Below are positions 11,479 to 19,676 of a DNA stretch of 64,000 nucleotides, one piece after another. The notes under the pieces are model-generated. The model saw only the letters and a list, made by a program, of their open reading frames with translations, was not told the DNA's origin and searched no databases. Origin of the DNA: an uncultured Lachnospiraceae bacterium (GTDB lineage Bacteria; Bacillota; Clostridia; Lachnospirales; Lachnospiraceae); assembly GCA_948957135.1 (NCBI GenBank), contig CARDBT010000016.1, positions 2,000 to 65,999 on the forward strand, written 5' to 3'. The first letter of the stretch is position 1; every line of letters starts with the position of its first letter. Both the position numbers and the translations under genes were made by a program.

Positions 11479-14190
11479 ATGCTTAGAGCAGTAATCGAAT
11501 TATCAAAATATATCTTGGTAATGAATATCTTGTTGTACACAGTGACTAGTTATATTGTCCTCCGGCGTGATGATCGAGAGCGCGGCGGGGCTGTTTTTGT
11601 ACTGCAATATGTGATGATCTTTGCCAATCACATGATTGGAAGTCTTGTTTTATTATCGTCAAGGAAGGACTTTACATATCTTTTTCTGGCTCTTTTTCAG
11701 GTGATAACTGTATTTGCTTTTATGGTTCTGATGCGGGTGATCTATCCACGCGCCAACAGATTGATACAAAATCATATAGCGCTGTTGCTGTCGATCAGTT
11801 TTATCATACTGACTCGGATATCCCTGACTCGTTCTGTCCGTCAATTTGCGATCATTGCAATATCGTTCGTGATCGCATTGATTGTTCCGGCATTGATGAA
11901 ATATGTAAAACTGCTGAAAAGATGCGAATTGATCTTTGCAGCGGCAGGCATACTTATATTGGGGATCGTTTTGATCAGCGGAAGCATCACGAACGGCTCT
12001 AAGCTTTCCTTTTCCATTATGGGTTTGTCGTTCCAGCCATCGGAGTTTGTAAAGATCATCTATGTATTTTTTATAGCGGCTATCCTGTCGAGGGCAGAAC
12101 GATTTATCCACATTGTGCTCTCGGCGGTTCTGGCGGCTATACATGTCCTGTTTCTTGTTGCCTCCAAAGATCTTGGAAGTGCCTTGATTTATTTTATCAC
12201 TTATATTATCTTGTTATTTGTGGCAACACACCGGATCAGGTATCTGATACTTGGATTAGCGGGCGGTTCCGCGGCAGCGTATATCTCGTATTTTCTTTTT
12301 TCGCATGTGCGCGTGCGCGTCGCGGCATGGCTTGATCCGTGGAATGACATCAATGCCACGGGCTATCAGATCGCACAATCGCTGTTCGGCATCGGGACCG
12401 GCAGATGGTTCGGCATGGGGATCGATGCGGGTATGCCAGGTTCCATACCTTATGTGGAGCAGGATTTTATCTTTTCTGCGATCTGTGAGGAGTTCGGCGT
12501 CCTTTTTGGCATCTGCCTGATCGCAGTCTGTGTCAATTTATTTTTAGAGGTCGTGCGCGTGGCACATTCCTGTGATGATCCTTTTATGAAGTATTCATCA
12601 TATGGATTGGGAATCGTCTACATTGTGCAGCTTTTCCTCACAATCGGCGGAAACAGCAAGTTTATCCCTTTGACAGGAGTGACGCTGCCACTGATCAGTT
12701 ACGGCGGAAGTTCAGTACTTGCCTCGCTGATCATGTTTTCCGTCATCCAGGGATTTTATATTAACAATGATGTCTGTCGTGGAGACGAGGTTATACCGAA
12801 ACTTCAAATGAATATTGTCGCGGGCGTTTTTGCGGGACTGTTTGTTGCGATCAGCGGATATCTGGTACACTATGTATACATTGACAGCCCGCAGGTCATC
12901 AACAATTCCTACAACACAAAACGGCAGGATAAATTGGCGGCAAAGACGATCCGGGGAGATATCCTCTCCGCAGATGGGCAGATTCTTGCAACCACGCTGA
13001 AAAGTACGGATGAACGGAACTATCCTTTCGGCGACATTTTTGCACATGCGGTCGGCTATGCCTCCCATGGGAGAATGGGAGTGGAGCAGAGTGCCAATAT
13101 GTATCTGGTCTCCTCCAATATCTCGCTGGGCAGCAAGCTGCAGAATGATCTGTCAGACGAGAAACATATGGGAAACACGGTCGTCACCACATTTGATGCA
13201 AGACTGCAGGAAATCGCATATAATGCAATGGGGATATACAGCGGAGCTGTGATCGTGTCAGAGCCGTCAACGGGCCGGATCCTGGCAATGGTATCCAAGC
13301 CGGACTTTGATCCGAATAAGATCAGCGATATCTGGGATGACATCCTGGCTGACACGACAAGCTCTGTACTATTGAATAGAGTTACTCAAGGATTATACCC
13401 GCCAGGATCGACTTTCAAAATACTCACAGCGCTGGAATATATACGGGAGAATCCTGAAACTTTTCAAAACTACAGATTTCAGTGTACGGGAAAATATACG
13501 AAAGATGGGAATACGATCAACTGTTTTCACGGTACAAATCATGGATCGGTGGATTTTACTGCATCTTTTGCAAAATCATGCAATGCGTCATTTGCCAATA
13601 TCGGACTTACGCTTGACAGGGAACAGTTTCGACAAACACTTGACAGCCTGTATTTTAACAATGATCTGCCCGTCGCTTTTCCAGCCAATGTCAGCTGCAT
13701 CTCCGACGAGATCTCTGATAGCGACGGCACCATGCTCCAGACTGTGATCGGACAGGGTACGACGCAGATGACTCCTATTCAGATCGCAATGGTCACTGCT
13801 ATGATTGCCAATGATGGTGAGATGATGGTGCCATATATGATCGACCGCATTGAAACAGCAGAAGGGGATGTGATCAAACAATATGAACCATGCTCTTTAG
13901 GACAGCTGATCACAGAACAGGAGACGCAGGCACTCCAGGATGTCATGGAAGCAGTGGTGCAGGAAGGCACAGGTACGAGGCTGATCAGTGATGGCTACAG
14001 CGCAGCCGGCAAGACCGGTTCCGCTGAGTTTAATGATTCCGCTGATTCCCATGCCTGGTTTACCGGATATACTTACGATACAGATACTCCGCTTCAGATA
14101 ACAGTCATCATGGAGGGCGCCGGAAGCGGCGGAGAGTACGCTGTGCCGATGGCGAGAAGGATTTTAGATCAGTATTATGGTGAAATCTAA
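11479..14190 (+). CDS. FtsW/RodA/SpoVE (SEDS) glycosyltransferase fused to penicillin-binding transpeptidase
   Basis: N-half: FQPSEFVK, KDLGSA, GYQIAQS, PLTGVTLPLISYGGSS; C-half: RGDI, PGSTFK (SxxK), SCN, KTG. Confidence 0.92.
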   Translation: MLRAVIELSKYILVMNILLYTVTSYIVLRRDDRERGGAVFVLQYVMIFANHMIGSLVLLSSRKDFTYLFLALFQVITVFAFMVLMRVIYPRANRLIQNHIALLLSISFIILTRISLTRSVRQFAIIAISFVIALIVPALMKYVKLLKRCELIFAAAGILILGIVLISGSITNGSKLSFSIMGLSFQPSEFVKIIYVFFIAAILSRAERFIHIVLSAVLAAIHVLFLVASKDLGSALIYFITYIILLFVATHRIRYLILGLAGGSAAAYISYFLFSHVRVRVAAWLDPWNDINATGYQIAQSLFGIGTGRWFGMGIDAGMPGSIPYVEQDFIFSAICEEFGVLFGICLIAVCVNLFLEVVRVAHSCDDPFMKYSSYGLGIVYIVQLFLTIGGNSKFIPLTGVTLPLISYGGSSVLASLIMFSVIQGFYINNDVCRGDEVIPKLQMNIVAGVFAGLFVAISGYLVHYVYIDSPQVINNSYNTKRQDKLAAKTIRGDILSADGQILATTLKSTDERNYPFGDIFAHAVGYASHGRMGVEQSANMYLVSSNISLGSKLQNDLSDEKHMGNTVVTTFDARLQEIAYNAMGIYSGAVIVSEPSTGRILAMVSKPDFDPNKISDIWDDILADTTSSVLLNRVTQGLYPPGSTFKILTALEYIRENPETFQNYRFQCTGKYTKDGNTINCFHGTNHGSVDFTASFAKSCNASFANIGLTLDREQFRQTLDSLYFNNDLPVAFPANVSCISDEISDSDGTMLQTVIGQGTTQMTPIQIAMVTAMIANDGEMMVPYMIDRIETAEGDVIKQYEPCSLGQLITEQETQALQDVMEAVVQEGTGTRLISDGYSAAGKTGSAEFNDSADSHAWFTGYTYDTDTPLQITVIMEGAGSGGEYAVPMARRILDQYYGEI

Positions 14191-14309
14191 CATGTATTTT
14201 CTGCTTTTTGTATAAAAAATTCCAAAATCGCGAATAATACTTTGTAATTTTTTGCAAAAAGGTGTATATTAGTAATAGATAAATATTTATAGCAGAAGGG
14301 AGCCGTAAA

Positions 14310-15182
14310 ATGATTAACCGATTATTTGGAAATTATCTGGTAGAAAAGCAAATATTATCACAGAGCCTGCTTGATGAGCTACTTCCTGTTCAGAAAGATC
14401 TTAAGGCAAAAGTTGAAACAATAGCAGTGATCAATAAAATTCTTACATCGGCAGCTGCGCAGGAACTTTTAGGCAGGATCGATGAGGATAAGGAACGTTT
14501 TGGAGAGGCAGCGATCGAGGCAGGGTATCTCAGTGATGAAAAACTGGACGAGATCCTGACCTATCAGTCCAATTCCTTTATGAAATTTGTCCAAAGTCTT
14601 TTGGATCAGGGAATATTCGGTCTGGATCAGATCAACTCTTTTCTAGATGGATTTCAACAGTGTGGAGGCTACAATGATGCCCAGATCAGCTCACTGATCC
14701 ATGACGATCTTGAACAGTGCATCCGTATTTTTGTCCCACTGAAATCAGAACGGCTCAAAGAATACACAATTACCCTTGTTCGGACGATACGCAGGCTGAT
14801 CGACTGTGATGCATATCTCGATAAAGCATATACGGCACGTTCCCTGCAGCTTGATAAGTATGCATGTCAGACGATCGTCGGCGATATGCACATGAAAGTA
14901 TATATCAGTGCATCAGGCAATGATCTGCTGGCAATAGCGGATCACTTTACGGAGGATACATACGACGCAGTTGACGAGGATGCCCTGGACAACGTTGGAG
15001 AATTTATCAACTGTGTGAATGGCCTGTATGCCACGAATCTAAGCTATGATGATATTGTAATTGATATGAATTCGCCTGAATATTCTGTTGATGGGCCGTT
15101 TATCAGCAATGAGAAATTGTATGTCATTCCCATTTATGCCAATGGATGCAGTATCAGAGCTGTTTTAGAAGTATATGAATAA
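14310..15182 (+). CDS. CheX/CheC-type phosphatase domain protein with N-terminal MshEN-like repeats
   Basis: C-terminal DALDNVGEFINCVNG (ExxN); N-terminal repeats such as RFGEAAIEAGYLSDEKLDEILTYQ. Confidence 0.7.
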   Translation: MINRLFGNYLVEKQILSQSLLDELLPVQKDLKAKVETIAVINKILTSAAAQELLGRIDEDKERFGEAAIEAGYLSDEKLDEILTYQSNSFMKFVQSLLDQGIFGLDQINSFLDGFQQCGGYNDAQISSLIHDDLEQCIRIFVPLKSERLKEYTITLVRTIRRLIDCDAYLDKAYTARSLQLDKYACQTIVGDMHMKVYISASGNDLLAIADHFTEDTYDAVDEDALDNVGEFINCVNGLYATNLSYDDIVIDMNSPEYSVDGPFISNEKLYVIPIYANGCSIRAVLEVYE

Positions 15183-15224
15183 ATGTGCTTTTATAATAAA
15201 AGAAGAGAGTAAGGAGATTAAAAA

Positions 15225-15581
15225 ATGAGTACTGTTTTGATAGTTGACGATTCCAAAACATCGAGATATATGCTTCGCCATATTCTGGTCGAAAATGGTT
15301 ATGAAGTAGTGGCAGAGGCAGAAAATGGTCAGGAAGGGTTTGATAAATATTGTGAGCTTGAGCCTGATTTCGTGACATTAGATATCACGATGCCCGTGAT
15401 GGATGGCATTGAGACCCTTGTGAAGATCAAAGAATACAACGAGGAAGCCAAGGTGATCATGGTAACTGCATCCGGCCAGAAAAACAAGATGCTTGATGCG
15501 ATCAAGCTTGGCGCTGCGGATTTTGTTACAAAACCTTACGAGACGAGCCAGATCATAAGTATTATGGATAGCATGAAATAA
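15225..15581 (+). CDS. single-domain CheY-like response regulator
   Basis: VLIVDDS, LDITMPVMDG, MVTA, FVTKP; 118 aa, no output domain. Confidence 0.92.
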   Translation: MSTVLIVDDSKTSRYMLRHILVENGYEVVAEAENGQEGFDKYCELEPDFVTLDITMPVMDGIETLVKIKEYNEEAKVIMVTASGQKNKMLDAIKLGAADFVTKPYETSQIISIMDSMK

Positions 15582-15611
15582 AAATATACGCACCCTACAG
15601 GAGGAAATAGC

Positions 15612-16058
15612 ATGATTCAAGCTACTAGCTGTGGTGGCGTAGTCGTTTTCAGGGGAAAGATTCTGCTTTTATACAAAAATTTCAAGAACAGATACGAAGG
15701 GTGGGTATTGCCGAAAGGAACTGTCGAAACTGGCGAAAAGCATGTGGAAACTGCCCTGCGGGAAGTGTTTGAAGAATCCGGCGTGAAAGCAACTGTTATG
15801 AAATATATTGGAAAAAGTGAATACACCTTCAATGTGCCGCAGGATATCGTTGAGAAGGAAGTCCATTGGTATCTGATGATGGCAGATAATTATTACAGCA
15901 AGCCACAGCGTGAGGAATTTTTTGTTGATTCAGGATATTACAAGTATCATGAGGCGTATCATCTGCTCAAATTTTCAAATGAAAAACAGATATTGGAGCA
16001 GGCGTATCAGGAATATCTGGATCTCCGGAAAAACAAACAATGGATAAAACCGCGTTAA
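15612..16058 (+). CDS. NUDIX hydrolase
   Basis: Nudix box GTVETGEKHVETALREVFEESGV, preceded by WVLPK. Confidence 0.93.
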   Translation: MIQATSCGGVVVFRGKILLLYKNFKNRYEGWVLPKGTVETGEKHVETALREVFEESGVKATVMKYIGKSEYTFNVPQDIVEKEVHWYLMMADNYYSKPQREEFFVDSGYYKYHEAYHLLKFSNEKQILEQAYQEYLDLRKNKQWIKPR

Positions 16059-16061
16059 AAC

Positions 16062-16101
16062 AACCAAAAAGAAGGTCTGTTCTGACCTTCTTTTTGGTTT
16101 G
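16062..16101 (+). terminator. intrinsic terminator (probably bidirectional)
   Basis: AACCAAAAAGAAGGTC-tgttct-GACCTTCTTTTTGGTT. Confidence 0.85.
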
Positions 16102-16144
16102 AAATATCGAGGATCTTGTGTTAGAATAGTCATTGATCACAGAA

Positions 16145-16486
16145 ATGTATAAGAGAGAAGTGAAGAGAGTGCGCTTTAGCAGTAAATTGTATATCAGTCC
16201 TTCCTTGGATAAGAAATGTGGCACAGTAAAGTGGAAATTGCGGACTGGCAGGCCACAGCCGTTTATTTATATTATTGCGCTTGCCCCCAATAATGATCTG
16301 CTTGAAATATATCATAGCGGTATACTGAAACAGAAGTATTATAAGAAAAAACAAAATGCACCATATATTGTTGGCATTGCTGAAGGGTATGGCGGAGCAG
16401 TTGATCTGGTCATAGATATCATTCAGGATGTTTTTCGTGAAACGGGATCGTATGATGTAAAAGCATTTTTACAAAACAATAGTTGA
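16145..16486 (+). CDS. hypothetical protein
   Basis: Fills the gap between genes; plausible composition (LLEIY, IVGIA); start uncertain. Confidence 0.65.
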   Translation: MYKREVKRVRFSSKLYISPSLDKKCGTVKWKLRTGRPQPFIYIIALAPNNDLLEIYHSGILKQKYYKKKQNAPYIVGIAEGYGGAVDLVIDIIQDVFRETGSYDVKAFLQNNS

Positions 16487-16499
16487 TTAAGGGGAATAT

Positions 16500-17474
16500 A
16501 TGGTATCGATACTACTCACTGTATTGAAGATGATTGGAATCACAATACTGATCATTCTTGGACTCATTTTATTTATACTGCTGCTAGCACTGTTCGTTCC
16601 GGTCAGATATCGTGGCAATGGCAGCTACCAGAATGGTTTTACAGCAAAACTGCGTGCGTCGTGGCTTTTGCACATGATCTCAATAAGAGGTGTATATCAG
16701 AACGAACAGCCTTTTTGTGTGAACCTAAAGATTTTTGGCATTACGATATATGACAATCTGAGAGCGGACAGCAAAAAAGCGAAGCATAAAAAAGCAAAAT
16801 CGACCAAAAATAAAACCGAGAGTGCTGGTGAGATCCAGGCAGCCTCTTTAGAGAATCATAGTTCGGAAGATATGTTTTCGAAGGATGATTCTTTGGGGGA
16901 GGCACAAAGCGAGGATTTGTGTAAGGATACGCCAACCGGCACAAGAAAGCCTGCAGCAAATGATCTTCCAGATGAATCAGTCAATGACAGGAATAAAAAG
17001 CTGGGAATTGTTCAAAAAATTAAGAATATTTTAACTAAATTTGTAAATTTTTTCAAAAATATAAAGTTCACATTCCATAAAGTTTGTGATACAATAATGA
17101 AGATAAAAGATAACATAAATTATTACCTAAAAGTATTACAGTCAGACAGTACTAAACGAGCACTGTCTTTATGTCAGAAACAATTTATGTATATTCTGAG
17201 AAAAATACTGCCGCAAAAATATCGGGTAAACCTTCATCTGGGGTTTGACGATCCGGCAGTGATGGGGGAAGTCCTTGCCGTATGGGGGATGCTTTATCCC
17301 TTACATCAGGGAAATATTGATATACAGCCTGAATTTGAACAAACTGTCATGGAAGGGAATTTTTCTTTTCAGGGCCATGTCAGTGCTTTCGTATTTGTGC
17401 GGGCGGCATGTATTTTGTTTTTTGATAAGGATATCAAGCGTCTGTTCAAACATTTAAGGCGCAGCGAAACTTGA
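16500..17474 (+). CDS. DUF2953-like membrane-anchored protein (YtfI-like)
   Basis: N-terminal TM ending LFVPVRY, C-terminal GFDDPAVMG...IQPEF; directly upstream of ytfJ. Confidence 0.75.
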   Translation: MVSILLTVLKMIGITILIILGLILFILLLALFVPVRYRGNGSYQNGFTAKLRASWLLHMISIRGVYQNEQPFCVNLKIFGITIYDNLRADSKKAKHKKAKSTKNKTESAGEIQAASLENHSSEDMFSKDDSLGEAQSEDLCKDTPTGTRKPAANDLPDESVNDRNKKLGIVQKIKNILTKFVNFFKNIKFTFHKVCDTIMKIKDNINYYLKVLQSDSTKRALSLCQKQFMYILRKILPQKYRVNLHLGFDDPAVMGEVLAVWGMLYPLHQGNIDIQPEFEQTVMEGNFSFQGHVSAFVFVRAACILFFDKDIKRLFKHLRRSET

Positions 17475-17502
17475 TGTGAATTTATTTTAATGGAGGTATA
17501 GA

Positions 17503-17892
17503 ATGGCTGAAAATAATTTTAATGAAGTAGTAAATTCCATGATGCATGGAATGGAAAGCTTTCTCTCATCCAAGACTGTGGTGGGAGAGCCAACGCAGGC
17601 AGGGGATACGACGATCATTCCTTTAGTTGATGTGACCTTTGGTGTCGGGGCAGGTGCTTCTTCCCAGGAAAAGAAAAATGGCGGAGCCGGCGGTATGACC
17701 GGAAAAATGTCTCCCAGCGCTGTGCTTGTGATCAAGAACGGTCAGGTAAGGCTTGTCAATATCAAGAATCAGGATACCGTCAATAAGATCATTGACATGG
17801 TGCCCGATCTCATCGATCGCTTTACTTCCTCAAAAGAAGATATACCTAGTGACGATGAGGTGATCAGTACAGCCTTTCCGGAAAATAAGTAA
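17503..17892 (+). CDS. ytfJ: GerW/YtfJ family sporulation protein
   Basis: KTVVGEP, TIIPLVDVTFGVGAG, GGAGG, SPSAVLVI, IIDMVP. Confidence 0.88.
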   Translation: MAENNFNEVVNSMMHGMESFLSSKTVVGEPTQAGDTTIIPLVDVTFGVGAGASSQEKKNGGAGGMTGKMSPSAVLVIKNGQVRLVNIKNQDTVNKIIDMVPDLIDRFTSSKEDIPSDDEVISTAFPENK

Positions 17893-17910
17893 GGAAACGG
17901 TAAAGTGCTA

Positions 17911-17937
17911 ATAAAGGATTTGCACCGCGCATATAAT
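17911..17937 (+). promoter_or_regulatory. putative sigmaE-type (mother-cell) promoter
   Basis: ATA, 16 bp, CATATAAT upstream of the small ORF. Confidence 0.5.
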
Positions 17938-17965
17938 AAATAAAGATGTGCCGGGGTGTATGGTT

Positions 17966-18106
17966 ATGTGTAAGCTTATAGGTTATACCTTGTTTTGGAT
18001 CGCGATCGGCATGCTCTTTATGCTGGTCATCGGCAATACATGGATCGGGCTGATACTTATTGCAATTTTTATTATTTCAGGGTATTATCTATTTGACTGT
18101 AAATAA
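17966..18106 (+). CDS. small two-helix membrane protein (46 aa), absent from ORF track
   Basis: MCKLIGYTLFWIAIGMLFMLVIGNTWIGLILIAIFIISGYYLFDCK; GGGGTG RBS; alternative ATG at 17960. Confidence 0.7.
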   Translation: MCKLIGYTLFWIAIGMLFMLVIGNTWIGLILIAIFIISGYYLFDCK

Positions 18107-18170
18107 AACTTTTATGAAAACCGTGATAACATGAAGTATTGTGTCGATTTCAAAAAGGGAGTAGATTAAA

Positions 18171-18734
18171 ATGTTGGATTTTGATGAGGAGCTCATGAAG
18201 GCTGAGGCACCGGATGACATCAAAAAGATGAAAACCTGGATGTTTCAGGAGCAGGTCAGAATTCAGGCAAAGAGGGACGAGCTGCAAGAGCTTAACCGTG
18301 AGCTTCAGGATCTGAAAAGGAAACTGGAGCGGGAGAAAAATGCACTTGAAGTGCGCGAAAAGATAATCAAGAAGCGGTTTGACGACAACGAGATTTTTAT
18401 AGCCAAAAAACAGAAGATTATCGAGGATGCTTATCAGCAGCTTGCACTCGACAGAAAGGCATTAGAATGTGAACGTCTGAATTTTGAACATGAGAAAAGC
18501 AAATACAGGCGTCAGAAGATGTCTGGTCCCAAGCCTGTACACCAGTCATATGAATCAGGCGCCTATGATTGTACAAGCTTTTTCAGGGGTGTCGATAACG
18601 ATATGGCTTTGAGGAAGCGGTACAAGGAACTGCTGAAGATCTTTCACCCGGACAATAAATGCGGTGATACCAAGACATTGCTGCTGATCCAGACGGAATA
18701 TGAAAATTTAAAGAGCCGGTACTATGAGAGTTAG
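18171..18734 (+). CDS. coiled-coil protein with C-terminal J-domain-like segment
   Basis: Long E/K/R coiled coil, then LRKRYKELLKIFHPDN (HPD motif). Confidence 0.75.
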   Translation: MLDFDEELMKAEAPDDIKKMKTWMFQEQVRIQAKRDELQELNRELQDLKRKLEREKNALEVREKIIKKRFDDNEIFIAKKQKIIEDAYQQLALDRKALECERLNFEHEKSKYRRQKMSGPKPVHQSYESGAYDCTSFFRGVDNDMALRKRYKELLKIFHPDNKCGDTKTLLLIQTEYENLKSRYYES

Positions 18735-18896
18735 ATAGTACCGGTTTGTTTTGTGCACATAGGTACTAGAAAGCATGTCGGCAGAAATATATGCCGGCAA
18801 AAGTTTGCAACTATATGAAAAACTGTATAAATTTGCATAAAAAAAGAAGCATGACGCCTCTTTTTTTATTATTTCTGATCGATCATGCTCTCTTTA

Positions 18897-19082
18897 CTAT
18901 GCGCGTTCAACAGATCCGGAACGCAGACATCTTGTGCACACATGCATTCTCTTAGCAGTTCCGTTCACTTTGCATTTTACTCTTTTTACATTGGAATTCC
19001 AAATCGCATTGGATCTTCTATGAGAATGGCTTACGTTATTACCGAAATGAACGCCTTTGCCACAAATATCACACTTTGCCAT
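18897..19082 (-). CDS. rpmB: 50S ribosomal protein L28
   Basis: MAKCDICGK, GNNVSHSHRRS, CTRCLRSG; GGAGGTG RBS. Confidence 0.97.
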   Translation of the reverse strand: MAKCDICGKGVHFGNNVSHSHRRSNAIWNSNVKRVKCKVNGTAKRMHVCTRCLRSGSVERA

Positions 19083-19305
19083 CGTTAGCACCTCCTCGAC
19101 TAAACTAAGTCATTCGACTCACAACAGTAGTATTTTATCAGAAAAAACAGTATTTGGCAAGTTGTTTTTTATAAAAAAAATAACTTTTTATAAATGTTGG
19201 AAATTCTATTAAAATATTTGTTTCCTTTTTTCCAAAAAACGGTTATAATATTAACATTAATATTTTTATTTTATATTGTGATATAAAAATAAAAGGAGGA
19301 TTTCT

Positions 19306-19662
19306 ATGAAAGGATCTATGAATACCCACATGGGTAATATCTATATTGATCCTGAGGTTATTGCCCAGTATGCGGGAAGTGTTGCTGTCGAATGCTTCGG
19401 GATCGTCGGAATGGCCTCAGTGAACGTGAAGGACGGTTTGGTGAAGCTGCTCATGAAGGAGAGCATCACTCACGGAATATCAGTCAATATTGTCAATAAT
19501 AAATTGATTCTCGATTTTCACGTTATTGTGGCGTACGGTGTTAGTATTATTACGGTATGTGACAATCTGATCAGCAATGTAAAATACAAAGTCGAAAATT
19601 TCACAGGTCTCGAAATCGAAAAGATCAACATCTTTGTTGAAGGCGTTCGAGTGATTGATTAA
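19306..19662 (+). CDS. Asp23/Gls24 family protein (YloU-like)
   Basis: ECFGIVGMA, HVIVAYGVSI, VKYKVE, INIFVEGVR; conserved position between rpmB and DAK2. Confidence 0.92.
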   Translation: MKGSMNTHMGNIYIDPEVIAQYAGSVAVECFGIVGMASVNVKDGLVKLLMKESITHGISVNIVNNKLILDFHVIVAYGVSIITVCDNLISNVKYKVENFTGLEIEKINIFVEGVRVID

Positions 19663-19676
19663 GGAGGATTTCTGAA

